A stretch of 62,390 bases of DNA, filler included, from a bacterium (GTDB lineage Bacteria > JALSQH01): the NCBI GenBank assembly GCA_027004335.1. It is 9 parts of 9 records of this genome, joined end to end, with 100 filler letters (N's around TTAATTAATTAA, not from the genome) between each part and the next. Parts side by side here need not be neighbours in the genome. Positions count along the whole stretch, not along the records: positions 1 to 9,793 come from JALTID010000132.1; positions 9,894 to 19,623 come from JALTID010000134.1; 7 more parts are not named here. The stretch is one strand, 5' to 3'. Shown in pieces: positions 1-9,894 of the stretch. Each line of letters starts with the position of its first letter. Within the stretch, counting starts at the first letter, position 1. A program made the position numbers and the translations under genes. The notes beneath the pieces are model-generated. The model was given only the letters and a program-made list of their open reading frames with translations. It made no database searches and was not told where the DNA came from.

Positions 1-2
1 TT

Positions 3-908
3 GTACTCCTGGTATGGATTATTTTTATAGTAAATGTATCATCAAAGAGAAATCACCATAAGAGTTATCGCATTTTTTCGTATACTTTTATGTTTTTTGC
101 TCTTATCGTAAACCCTGCAACTGTAGTTATCATCAAGCTGGCTAGTTTTTCCTTTATAAGAGAAGAAACCTTAACCCCTCAAGAAGTAGAAGCATTTAAT
201 CATTATTATAAAAAACCATTCATTAAACCTACCACCCAAAAACATAAGAATTTAATTTTCATCTATGGGGAAAGCATGGAAAGAACCTACTTTGATGAAA
301 AATTATTTCCGGGATTAATAAAAGGGTTACGAAAATTAGAAACTAAAAGCATAAGTTTCACTGATATCAGGCAACTCCCCTTTACTGGCTGGACTATTGC
401 TGGTATGACGGCCAGCCAATGCGGGATACCCTTAGTAACTTCCTCTAATGGAAACTCAATGTCTGGTATTGACCAATTCCTACCGTCTGCCATCTGCCTG
501 GGAGATCTCCTGAGTAAAAATGGATACTATCTTGTATACATGGGGGGGGCAGACCTCGATTTTGCTGGGAAAGGTAAGTTCTATAAGACTCATGGATTTG
601 CAGAAGTGCTCGGGCGTAAAGAGTTATTACCAGACCTAAAGGACAAAACCTATCTAAGTGGCTGGGGATTATTAGATGATTCTCTTTTTAATTTAGCGTA
701 TAAAAAATTCCTTACTTTATCAAAGAGTAAGAAAAAATTTGGTATTTTTCTACTTACTCTGGATACCCACCATCCTTACGGGCATCCATCCAGAAGTTGT
801 AAGAACATTAAATATGGAGATGGTTCAAATTCTATATTGAATGCAGTCGCATGCTCAGATTATTTAATTACCAACTTTGTCGAAAAAATTCTACACTCCC
901 CATACGGT
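3..908 (+). CDS. mdoB: Phosphoglycerol transferase I (MdoB/OpgB, LTA-synthase/sulfatase family), N-terminal part; open at the window edge and broken at the N gap
   Basis: The frame is open from base 3. Motifs NLIFIYGESMERTYFD, WTIAGMTASQCGIPL, ICLGDLL, FAGKGKFYKTHGF, WGLLDD and LTLDTHHPYG parallel E. coli MdoB as I recall it (YGESLERTYFD, TIAGMVASQCGIPL, TVDTHHPDG). Confidence 0.85.
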
Positions 909-918
909 NNNNNNNNNN
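909..918. other. Scaffold gap (10 N)
   Basis: Run of 10 N without the TTAATTAATTAA linker core. Confidence 0.99.
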
Positions 919-974
919 AAAGAAGATATGAAAAATAGTGTGAAAGATGAGATAAAAATAGTTTCTGGTTCAGA

Positions 975-1598
975 TTGAAAAAAGGGAAAAGAAGAAATCT
1001 CTTGATGATTGTTTCCGCGAATATAAAACACCCAAGGAAAATTTCCACGCCCGGCTCAACTTTGGATACTGGGGCAACTATTCTTCCTTTTCTGGGATTT
1101 ACCGGTGTAATTGGACTTGGACGGAATCTCATGAACAGTGATACTCTAAAAGATAGATTATTCATCCCCAAAAAACTCCCCTGCTGGACAACACTTATGA
1201 TAAGGTTCTGGAATTTCCCTAGAATCAAACACTTACTCTTAATTGATACAAATACAAAAATAGTAAAAATTGACAACAGACAGTTCAAAATTCCCATTCT
1301 TATAGAGTTAACACCAGAACTCCAGACTATTCTGAAGTTCGGATTCTACAGGTCACTCGGACAAAAAACACTCCTCCAGCAAAGCAGAGAAATCAGTTCT
1401 AAAAAATACTTTATCTTAATCGAAAGATGCAAAACAATTTCAAAAATTGAGAAAATAGCAGGAACAGCGGGATTCTGTATGATAGCTGGGAAAGGAAGGC
1501 TATTAACAAAGATCACAAAATTACCAGAAAAAATTTCTTTTAGTGTAAATGACCTTAAACATTTATTGCACATCTCTACATCGCTTTCCTCTCACTAA
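975..1598 (+). CDS. mdoB: MdoB/OpgB C-terminal part (continuation of 3..908)
   Basis: RRNLLMI, STLDTGATILPFLG, IGLGRNL, IRFWNFP and FKIPILIEL follow the downstream MdoB sequence (RNNLFF, TMDNGATVL, LGLGRS, IRLWKFP, FRLPLLL). Same frame as the upstream part. Confidence 0.75.
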   Translation: MKKGKRRNLLMIVSANIKHPRKISTPGSTLDTGATILPFLGFTGVIGLGRNLMNSDTLKDRLFIPKKLPCWTTLMIRFWNFPRIKHLLLIDTNTKIVKIDNRQFKIPILIELTPELQTILKFGFYRSLGQKTLLQQSREISSKKYFILIERCKTISKIEKIAGTAGFCMIAGKGRLLTKITKLPEKISFSVNDLKHLLHISTSLSSH

Positions 1599-1764
1599 AC
1601 AAGCTCTAGGAACAACTGTTCTCCTTGCCACATATAAAGTTTCAAACTATTTTACTGAAAACGGTATCAATGAGGCAACTATACATCGCCTTTCCCCTAA
1701 CCATAAAAATTTCCTCAGCCCTAAAATACTTTAATTTACTATTTCAAAATTGTGCAACAATTGG

Positions 1765-2025
1765 TTATCTATTCCCTATCCTCCTGTTCCACACATGTAC
1801 ACTAACCGGATTAAGGATCACCAGATAAATGATCCAGTACGAGCCCAGAGCAGTAAAGGTGGGCCATGTTGTGTATGAGAAGCCCAGAATAAAAGCTGTA
1901 ATTCTATTTTTGTATTTTATTCTTAAAAATTTTCTCAAAAGAGCATCTATCAATATGGCAACTGGAAGGAAAATAAGTACAATAACGGGGAAAAAGAAAA
2001 TTCTCACAATTCCATCCCGTTGCAA
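1765..2025 (-). CDS. Small hypothetical membrane protein
   Basis: 86 aa with 2-3 hydrophobic stretches; AAGGAG lies just upstream of the TTG start. No family recognised. Confidence 0.4.
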   Translation of the reverse strand: MQRDGIVRIFFFPVIVLIFLPVAILIDALLRKFLRIKYKNRITAFILGFSYTTWPTFTALGSYWIIYLVILNPVSVHVWNRRIGNR

Positions 2026-2065
2026 TTTCTTCTCCTTTCCATATCCTTTTTAGAGAGGTGTGAAG

Positions 2066-2881
2066 ATGAAAAAAGAATTGTTCTTCCATGTGGGACTTGC
2101 AAAAACAGGAACCACCTATCTCCAGTACAGATTTTTCCCATGTTTAAAGGGTGTCAAGTATATCCAGAGAACATCTTACAAGAAAGCTTTTAAAATAATT
2201 GATTCTTCTGAGGTAGAAAAAATATTCGTCTCCAATGAATTTGACAGGCAGTTCTACCGGGAAGTGGGTAAAATTGCTGAAAAATACCCCGATGCAAGGT
2301 TGATAGTCGTTCTTCGTAGACACGATAGCTGGCTGGCATCAGAGTATAAGAGATTTGTTAAAAATGGTTTTGCCGGAAGGTTGCACGATTTTTTAGATAT
2401 TGAAAATGATGATGGCTGGTGGAAGATTGAGGATTTTCTCTTCTGGCCCAGAATAGAATTTGTTTTAAAAAATTTCAGAGAAAAACCTCTTGTGCTTCTA
2501 TATGATGAATTGCGAGAATATCCTTTTTCTTTTTTTGATAAAATCGCAAAGTTCACAGGTACAACCTATGATAGATCAAAAATATCCCTTGCTCCAGTTC
2601 ATAAATCTTTTGAGGATAAGGAATTACGATTCCGCAGGTGGCTGAATCGTTACTTTTCAGGTGAGATCACGGAGAAACATGATTGGAGGAGACCCTTCCA
2701 GAGGTACTTTTTTACTTATCCTATCCGCTATACAGTTCTTGGAATTGGGAAAATCCTTCCAGAGAGCCTGCTGCCCGATGAACCTCTTCTTGATAAAAAT
2801 TATCTTTCTAAAGTCAGGGAATTTTTCTCTGATGACTTGGAAAAATGTCTTACCTATATCAAAGAAGATAATCCAGTTTAA
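2066..2881 (+). CDS. Sulfotransferase-like P-loop protein
   Basis: N-terminal FFHVGLAKTGTTYLQ resembles the PAPS 5'-phosphosulfate-binding loop; IVVLRRHDSWLASEY resembles the 3'-phosphate-binding R...S motif. GAGGTG RBS before the ATG at 2066. Confidence 0.7.
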   Translation: MKKELFFHVGLAKTGTTYLQYRFFPCLKGVKYIQRTSYKKAFKIIDSSEVEKIFVSNEFDRQFYREVGKIAEKYPDARLIVVLRRHDSWLASEYKRFVKNGFAGRLHDFLDIENDDGWWKIEDFLFWPRIEFVLKNFREKPLVLLYDELREYPFSFFDKIAKFTGTTYDRSKISLAPVHKSFEDKELRFRRWLNRYFSGEITEKHDWRRPFQRYFFTYPIRYTVLGIGKILPESLLPDEPLLDKNYLSKVREFFSDDLEKCLTYIKEDNPV

Positions 2882-2918
2882 TTCTCTTCTGACTCAATTC
2901 TTCTGGCATTCAGTTTTT

Positions 2919-5732
2919 CTATTTTTCTACCGTTACCACACCATAGGTATACCTTCCATAGAGACTTCCATTGTTAGCTGTATATGCTTCTTTGTAATTT
3001 TCTCCTGTGTTTAGGTCCTTCTCATCAGTTTGTACATCCGAGATAAATATGTGTATTGGATAGTCGTAATTTGTGAGATCCTCTGGTGTATCCCATTGAA
3101 TTTCCATATTCTTTGTAGATGGGTAGCTCCCTACGGAAATTGTTTTTTCACCGATTTTCATAAGAGAACCCATATCATCTGCTGGGAATCCCTCATATGT
3201 GTCCACTCCATCTGGATTATCAACTGTCAACCAGGGGGTGGAATCATAGTAAAACTCAACCTTTGCTGACTTAACAGGGATATCACCTAAATTTCTTATT
3301 TTTACCTTGATATCTACCGTGTCACCAGGTTTAATCTTTTCGGGTGTAATAGTGATGTCAGAAGCGTTGTATGTAAGATCTGGCTGAATTGTCCTTACAT
3401 CGTTCTCCCCGGTAATATCAATGAGTTTATGTGGGATCGAGTAATATTTTTTGCCAAGGTATTCAAAATATTTTTTTAAAGCTATCCACATTGGTATTCC
3501 TGTATCAAAAAAGTAATCACCTGTTTCCTCATTTTTTTTGAGGAATGAAACTTCATTTCCATTTTTATCAATTACTTTTGTTATGGTAAGTAATTTTGCG
3601 ACGGTGGAGAGAAGCGTGGTTTGTCCAGCAATTCTTACCGCTTTGTTGGGATTGAAATTTTTCCCGTTGATCATTATACTCCCCGGGACCAATCTACGCA
3701 TGGGTTTGGCACTGAGGTCAACCTTAAATGAGATATTGTTAAACTGAACAATACCAGCCGAAAGTTCCTTTGCACCTTCTGGAATGATTGAACTTATAAT
3801 GTCATTGGCTGAATAAGCGAGATTAATCAAATACTCAAGAGTAGTTACATTTTCCATTTTACCATCACTGTATAGGGGGAAATCAATTTCTTTCATTATC
3901 CCTGGAGTGAGTTCAGCATAACTCAGGGTTTCAAAAACATGCGGATTATCTACAAGGTTGTGGAGTGGAAGAATGTTGTAAGCATCCTCAACAGTAACCC
4001 ATCCCTTCCATAGATCTATTCTATACAACGAGGGAACCGACACAGCTTCATCTATGTTATACCCCCACTGGTTAAGTGCGTATATAAACCCTTTTCCAAC
4101 GAGTTTTCCAAGAGAAGATGGGGCATCAACTTTTGAAGACATGAAATAAGGGTTATAAACCAACGGAGTTTCTCCCGGATTATCAAATTCAACATTCATG
4201 CGCTGGATCAACGCATCAGTATAGTACTTAATTTCTGGATCCTCCGGGACACTGCTATCAACCTGGAGAAGTCTGCCATCAATAAGAGTAAGAGTTGAGT
4301 TGGTTGTATTGTAGACAAAGTCAAGTTTGGATAGATATAATCCTCCCATTTCTCCTTGAATTATATAGGTCTTCCTTCCAGAAGGATTGTCTATAAGAAT
4401 GGGGTGGTTTACTCTGTTGTGAGTGTGGGCCGATAAAATTATATCTACTCCTCTCCCTGAGTTATTTCCTATCCCATACTTTGCAATATTGTAATCCTGC
4501 CCTGGTGGGATGTTGGGTCTGTCTATTAAGCCGAGCCCCGTATGCGAGATCACAACAATCACATCAGCCCCGTTAGAATCAAGATCATCTATACCATTTG
4601 AAATGTAATCACTGTCCCTTGGATCAGGGTAGAAGAAAGTCATACCCTCAGCATAGGGGTTGCGTGAGTTTAGTAATTTAAATAGCTGGGGATCTCCTGC
4701 AACTTGTGTGTAGACAGCGTTGTTGGTTACCACACCTAAGAGACCAAATCTTAAACCGTTTCTTTCATAAATCAGAGTTTGATTATACAAGAAGCTATTG
4801 TTGACTTTATTGTTAAAATTGATCTCAAAATATTTTTCATAATCCTTATATGGCTCGTAAAGCGTCGTTGGATCTACATTTCCCCAGAAGATGTACATCT
4901 TGTGCCCCTTTTCTCCTGTAACAAAGTGAGAATATGAATCAAGAAGCAAGTCGGTTAACTGAGGGACCCCAAAGTGGAATTCATGATTACCCACCTGATA
5001 TGCATCTACGCCCATTCTGTCTTCAATTATGTATTGATCCCTTAACCCATTGGTGGTGTCGTGTATCATAGTATCTTCATAATCATCTCCAGCATTGGCG
5101 ATTAATAGGGGAATATTTTTACTGTCTCTATCATCTCTAATTAACTTTATAAGATAAGCCAACCTGGAAAGGCCTCCTCTGGGGTATCTTTTACCTCCCC
5201 ATGGCTTTACATGGGTGTGGAGATCATTATAATGAGCAATTGTAAAGGGAATATGCTGACTGTCCCTTGGTGGAAAAACTGTTAGATGAAAATACACTCC
5301 GTGAAAAGAGTGATCTGCTGGTTCTGCATAAATTGTTACACCACCTGTTTTTGTGGCGTTAACTATTTTCACCGAGGCAAAACCATCGCTATCCGTTGTT
5401 GCAGATGTTGAAGATAGTTTTACCTCCCCTGAACCATACCTTTTTCCTTTGAGTTGAGTGAAATTGATCTCTACATTTTTTGCAGGCTGGTTTTTCTGAT
5501 TAAAATATCTAACAACAAGGTCCTCTCCCCCATTGCCAAGAAATAGAACCTGCAGATCTCCAGAGTATTTTCTAACATGGATAAATTCAGGGTTTTCTAC
5601 AGGACCAAGGAAGACCTCTTTTTCACCTATTGAGAGAAATTTTTCTTCATTTTTCCCGGAACAGGCCGTGAAGAATATGGAAAGAAAGAAAATTAATGTG
5701 AGAATTAGATATTTTCTTTTTATTTTCTTCAT
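2919..5732 (-). CDS. Lipoprotein: Ig-like (Big_1) domain, 5'-nucleotidase/2',3'-cyclic phosphodiesterase-family metallophosphoesterase, and CARDB domain
   Basis: Lipobox FFTA-C. Calcineurin-like motifs HYNDLHTH, NAGDD, VGNHEFHFG, VISHTG and ILSAHTH. ATTDSDGFASVKI is Big_1-like; PDLT...IKPGDTVDIKVKIRNLG is CARDB-like. AGGAGG RBS. Confidence 0.85.
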   Translation of the reverse strand: MKKIKRKYLILTLIFFLSIFFTACSGKNEEKFLSIGEKEVFLGPVENPEFIHVRKYSGDLQVLFLGNGGEDLVVRYFNQKNQPAKNVEINFTQLKGKRYGSGEVKLSSTSATTDSDGFASVKIVNATKTGGVTIYAEPADHSFHGVYFHLTVFPPRDSQHIPFTIAHYNDLHTHVKPWGGKRYPRGGLSRLAYLIKLIRDDRDSKNIPLLIANAGDDYEDTMIHDTTNGLRDQYIIEDRMGVDAYQVGNHEFHFGVPQLTDLLLDSYSHFVTGEKGHKMYIFWGNVDPTTLYEPYKDYEKYFEINFNNKVNNSFLYNQTLIYERNGLRFGLLGVVTNNAVYTQVAGDPQLFKLLNSRNPYAEGMTFFYPDPRDSDYISNGIDDLDSNGADVIVVISHTGLGLIDRPNIPPGQDYNIAKYGIGNNSGRGVDIILSAHTHNRVNHPILIDNPSGRKTYIIQGEMGGLYLSKLDFVYNTTNSTLTLIDGRLLQVDSSVPEDPEIKYYTDALIQRMNVEFDNPGETPLVYNPYFMSSKVDAPSSLGKLVGKGFIYALNQWGYNIDEAVSVPSLYRIDLWKGWVTVEDAYNILPLHNLVDNPHVFETLSYAELTPGIMKEIDFPLYSDGKMENVTTLEYLINLAYSANDIISSIIPEGAKELSAGIVQFNNISFKVDLSAKPMRRLVPGSIMINGKNFNPNKAVRIAGQTTLLSTVAKLLTITKVIDKNGNEVSFLKKNEETGDYFFDTGIPMWIALKKYFEYLGKKYYSIPHKLIDITGENDVRTIQPDLTYNASDITITPEKIKPGDTVDIKVKIRNLGDIPVKSAKVEFYYDSTPWLTVDNPDGVDTYEGFPADDMGSLMKIGEKTISVGSYPSTKNMEIQWDTPEDLTNYDYPIHIFISDVQTDEKDLNTGENYKEAYTANNGSLYGRYTYGVVTVEK

Positions 5733-5923
5733 TCTTGGACCTCCTGAAGATTATTTTATACAGTTATCTCCTAAGATTGCTGAAATTAAAGCTGAATCTT
5801 CTGACTCTCTGAGAAAATAAAGTCTTCCTTCAATAGATTGGAAAGTGTTAAAAAGAAGTAAAGCATTGTCCATCAACACTTATAGTTTATCAGGATTATT
5901 AGAAAAAGTGAATAGAAACAGTG

Positions 5924-5954
5924 AAAAAAATGGGGCTCAAAATGAGCCCCATTT
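5924..5954 (-). terminator. Rho-independent terminator of the 5956..9774 gene
   Basis: Perfect stem AAATGGGGCTCA-3 nt-TGAGCCCCATTT right after the stop codon, running into a T tract on the minus strand. Confidence 0.85.
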
Positions 5955-5955
5955 C

Positions 5956-8900
5956 TCAATATGTAATCCCTACATCAAGTACGAAGTCTATCCCCATATT
6001 TCTCAGGAATGTGAACCCCTGATAGCCTATTCGGAAATATCCAGGTTCAAGGGTGTAGAGGGTATCCATTTTTGTTATAGCTTCATCTGATAATGCACTG
6101 TATGAAATGATGTTGTCGAAAACCCAGCAGTTTTGCTCAGAAAAGTAGACACCATAATAAAGTTCCATATTTTCTCCAAAATAGAAAACTGTTTTTCCAT
6201 CATCCGAAATTTGGGGAGGTATGGATGTTTGAGGATCATTGGGATACTGAGAGAATGTACACGCAGTTAATGGTGTTGCACTGGAAGCAGTTTCTACATC
6301 AGGTGTAAAATATATCTTGGTTACACCTGAATCAGAGTTAAAAAACACGCTTCCCAGTTTGTTGTTTACATGTTGGAGATTGATTCCTTCTTTTGCACCA
6401 GGAGCTGAAATTATGTTTTGGTCTAAAGTCCCATCTGGAGTTACCACCCTTACCCAGTAATTTCCACTGTCGTCTACAGAGTATTCTATGATAGGTTTAT
6501 TTATAGCCTCATCGTAGTCAATATCGATCCAGTCTGTGATTGCTGGAGCAGATGATGTATCAATATCCTGACATGTAAATGTGAAATTGGAAGAAGTTGC
6601 ATAACAGTAGTGTAAATTGTTAGCAGTATCAAAATATGCGATATAAATATTCGCGGTATTAGAGCTTCCCTGCACAACTTTTATTGAAGCAGAAATAACA
6701 GAGCTTGTACTTACTGAATAGGAATTCCAGCTGCTGCCTCCATCTGTAGATGCCCATAAGGTAAGAGCTCCTCCTCCCACAAGAGAAAAAATGCTATTTC
6801 CGATATAGTCAGTATCGAGAACGATATTGTCGCCAAAAGTACTTATAGCATTGTTGGCTGGTTGTATGGGTGACATTATACCTTCTTTTTTGTCTGGTGA
6901 TGCTTCAGGATATCCTGAAGAAATGAAATACCAGCTCCCTGAAAGATCAAGGAGATCAATCCCACCAATAGGATAGATAGGTTCAAGAGTCCGGTGGTAA
7001 CTGGTGTCAGAAGTGACAGCATCAGAGGAAAAGCTTCCACTGCTGCTCTGTTGATAAAAATATAGCCCATTGTTCCATGCTGTTAATTCAACTAAACTTT
7101 GTTGGAGGAATTCTGATATTCCTCTTCTCCCGATACAGGGGAAATCATCAGATCTTAGAAGGGGATAAGAATCAATTTTAGTTGTAAGAGGATCTGAATA
7201 ATGGCCCGGAGACACCTTCCTCTTTTCAATAGACCCAGTGGTACATCCTGTATCACCATTAACATAAGTCAGAATCATTACATTGTCATTATCATCAACC
7301 ATGATGTCATTTTCGTTCAGGTTCAGACCTCCCTGGCCGTATTCAACTCCATAATCATATCCCGTAGAGGTGCCTCCACTTATTACTTCAAGATGCCCTC
7401 TGAAAATGTCAGGGTTTGCAGAAGTGGCGGACTTTTTATAGTAAATAAGTATGTCACCAGAGGAATTCACAGTGATTGCAGGTATCCCGATGGACCTATC
7501 TCCATTTAAAGCACTATCGTATATAAGTTGAGGTGTCCACCTAATACTATTATTACCGCTTATCAGGTAGAGTTTTGCCGCATGGCTATCAAGATCAATA
7601 AAATATGCAAGAACATCTATGTTATTCCCATTCTGTACTGCTTTAATACTGAGAAGGGTTGAATCTGGATCAGCCTGTAGGTCGGCCACATTGTCTGTAA
7701 AAATTACTTTACCATCATTTGGGTCAACAAATGTTTCTTTAATACTCCAATTACCCTCTCCACCTGTTACATAATAGACATGAATATATTGCCCATCAAA
7801 TAAACCTGTAGTAGCATAGAGCTGTAGCGACTTTTCTTCTGCTTTTGAAGCAATAACCGTATCCGGCCATACTTTATCCCACTCCTGAGTATTCCACTTG
7901 AGCAATTTTATGCCTGGATTATTGTAAAGGGATACATAAAGAGTGTAGATAATATAATTAGACTCATCCTCAAAAGCTGTGAATTCAGATACTGGTTCGT
8001 CAACTAAGGAAGTTGGAGAAGAATCAATATAAGTTATTTTCAAACCTCCTCTGTTGTCTTGAGAGGTGTACACTACATAGTAATCGGAGCCACCAAATGA
8101 AGAAAAAGCCAAAATCTTACTCTGTATCCCGTTTATCCCCATCTGGGTTTCTCCCATTAGATTAAGATTTGCTTTCCCAACTGCAGGTTTTGCATAATTG
8201 GGGACTTCGTCATACGAATAAATTGCATAATAGGTTGTAGTATCTTTTTTAGCGTTAATATCAATAACTTCGTGCCAGCCTTTTCCGAGATCCGTAGGGG
8301 TTGCGGAAATAGCTGTCCCATCGGTAACGCTTACAGGAGAACTACCTTCTTTTGCTACAATCTTATATCCTGCAAGATCATCTGTAGTAACTGGTGTTTT
8401 CCAATAAATATTATTACCTGATAGGGTTGGCAGGACTTTTATTACTGTAACTGGTGCAGGAGGTACACTATCATGAGGAATTCCTGTAGCTGTTACTCTT
8501 TCGGAATAGTTTCTTGCTTCATCAAAGGTAAAGAAGGCATAGCAGTATTCTTCGTCATCATTGAGGCCACTTTCATCCAGGTAGGCCATTCCTTTGGAAA
8601 ATTCTTTAACTTTTGAAGCACTTGTATCATCCGTAGATTTTGGGCAGTATCCATTGTCCCCTCTGAGAATCCTTACCCCGGTATAATCATCGTCTGAGGG
8701 TTCCATCCATGAAATTTTCAGTTCGTTACCCTCCGGAACTACTGTAACTGCAATACTATAAACCTTTCCAGGGGGAACAATATCACGGGGTATTCCTTCG
8801 ATTGTTGCGCCGTTGGAGTAATTGGGAACTTCATCAAATGTAAAAAATGCGTAACAATATTCTACGCCGTCAGTTAATTCTGTATCCGTAAAAGTTGTTT

Positions 8901-9774
8901 GCCCTTTTGTCGCTGTTATAACTGCAGTGGCACTAGAATCATTTACCGAAGTTGGGCATTCTCCATTAGCTTTTCTTAGGATCTTAACTCCTTTGTAATC
9001 TTTATCTGCAGGATCATTCCAGCTGAGGGTCAGGGCATTTCCTTCAGGTACAGAGGTGATGGACAAATTGTAAACATCTGCTGGAGGTGTTAAGTCAACT
9101 GAAGGTCCTGCAATTACGACTCCTTTGGAATAATTACCGCTTTCATCATAAGCCACAACAAGATAGTAATAAGTTTCCCCATTTTCAACATTGCTATCAG
9201 TATAGGTCTCATCAGTTCCTGTATAAACTACTTCTCCATCATCAAGAGATGCAGGAACTGAGCCTTCTTTTTTTATTATCTTAACTCCAGCGAAGTCCTC
9301 ATCAGGAGGGTTTGTCCATATGAGTTTTATGTCTCCATCGAATAGAAACTGAATCAATAAATTTGATACATCAGCAGGTGGTTGAGTATCTTCTGGTGTG
9401 CCGGATACAACTATTCCTTTGGAAAAATGACCTTTTCCATCTGTTGTGGCTACAAGGTAGAAGTACTTGGTCCCATTGGTTAAGCCTGTATCTGTGAAAG
9501 TTGTTGCATTACCATCAAATACTTTAGTTCCATCTTGCAGATTAGTCGGTTCGTTTTTTTCTTTTCTAACAATTATTACCCCTTTTACTGTGGAGCTATT
9601 GGGCATTTCCCATTTTAAGATGAGAGTCTTTCCTGCTGCAGGAGCTGAAACAGTTAAATTAGCTACCTCAGGAAGAACTGATGTTGCTGTCCCCTTTGTC
9701 TTGTTGCTTCCTCCGCATGATGCGAAGAAAGCAAGAAAAAAAAGAAGAAAAATTGGAATAATTCTCTTTCTCAT
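5956..9774 (-). CDS. Large lipoprotein with five tandem fibronectin-III-like repeats and a beta-rich (propeller-like) C-terminal region
   Basis: Lipobox FFAS-C. Five ~100-aa units of the form PP..V..L...L.W..P...D..GV.I..K...P....DG....T.TD..L..G..YYY....DE..NYS. Asp-box-like STDGGSSW near the C-terminus. GGAGG RBS. Confidence 0.85.
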   Translation of the reverse strand: MRKRIIPIFLLFFLAFFASCGGSNKTKGTATSVLPEVANLTVSAPAAGKTLILKWEMPNSSTVKGVIIVRKEKNEPTNLQDGTKVFDGNATTFTDTGLTNGTKYFYLVATTDGKGHFSKGIVVSGTPEDTQPPADVSNLLIQFLFDGDIKLIWTNPPDEDFAGVKIIKKEGSVPASLDDGEVVYTGTDETYTDSNVENGETYYYLVVAYDESGNYSKGVVIAGPSVDLTPPADVYNLSITSVPEGNALTLSWNDPADKDYKGVKILRKANGECPTSVNDSSATAVITATKGQTTFTDTELTDGVEYCYAFFTFDEVPNYSNGATIEGIPRDIVPPGKVYSIAVTVVPEGNELKISWMEPSDDDYTGVRILRGDNGYCPKSTDDTSASKVKEFSKGMAYLDESGLNDDEEYCYAFFTFDEARNYSERVTATGIPHDSVPPAPVTVIKVLPTLSGNNIYWKTPVTTDDLAGYKIVAKEGSSPVSVTDGTAISATPTDLGKGWHEVIDINAKKDTTTYYAIYSYDEVPNYAKPAVGKANLNLMGETQMGINGIQSKILAFSSFGGSDYYVVYTSQDNRGGLKITYIDSSPTSLVDEPVSEFTAFEDESNYIIYTLYVSLYNNPGIKLLKWNTQEWDKVWPDTVIASKAEEKSLQLYATTGLFDGQYIHVYYVTGGEGNWSIKETFVDPNDGKVIFTDNVADLQADPDSTLLSIKAVQNGNNIDVLAYFIDLDSHAAKLYLISGNNSIRWTPQLIYDSALNGDRSIGIPAITVNSSGDILIYYKKSATSANPDIFRGHLEVISGGTSTGYDYGVEYGQGGLNLNENDIMVDDNDNVMILTYVNGDTGCTTGSIEKRKVSPGHYSDPLTTKIDSYPLLRSDDFPCIGRRGISEFLQQSLVELTAWNNGLYFYQQSSSGSFSSDAVTSDTSYHRTLEPIYPIGGIDLLDLSGSWYFISSGYPEASPDKKEGIMSPIQPANNAISTFGDNIVLDTDYIGNSIFSLVGGGALTLWASTDGGSSWNSYSVSTSSVISASIKVVQGSSNTANIYIAYFDTANNLHYCYATSSNFTFTCQDIDTSSAPAITDWIDIDYDEAINKPIIEYSVDDSGNYWVRVVTPDGTLDQNIISAPGAKEGINLQHVNNKLGSVFFNSDSGVTKIYFTPDVETASSATPLTACTFSQYPNDPQTSIPPQISDDGKTVFYFGENMELYYGVYFSEQNCWVFDNIISYSALSDEAITKMDTLYTLEPGYFRIGYQGFTFLRNMGIDFVLDVGITY

Positions 9775-9793
9775 CTCTAACCTCCATTTAATT

Positions 9794-9893
9794 NNNNNNN
9801 NNNNNNNNNNNNNNNNNNNNNNNNNNNNNNNNNNNNNTTAATTAATTAANNNNNNNNNNNNNNNNNNNNNNNNNNNNNNNNNNNNNNNNNNNN
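9794..9893. other. Artificial contig linker
   Basis: N44-TTAATTAATTAA-N44, which places stops in all six frames. Confidence 0.99.
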
Positions 9894-9894
9894 A

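Noticed and set aside
1748-1762. Palindrome AATTGT-GCA-ACAATT as an operator or terminator
   Set aside because: A 6-bp AT-rich stem is expected by chance in this composition.
9838-9849. TTAATTAATTAA recurring eight times as a possible repeat family or CRISPR repeat
   Set aside because: It is always centred in identical N runs, so it is an artificial six-frame stop linker.
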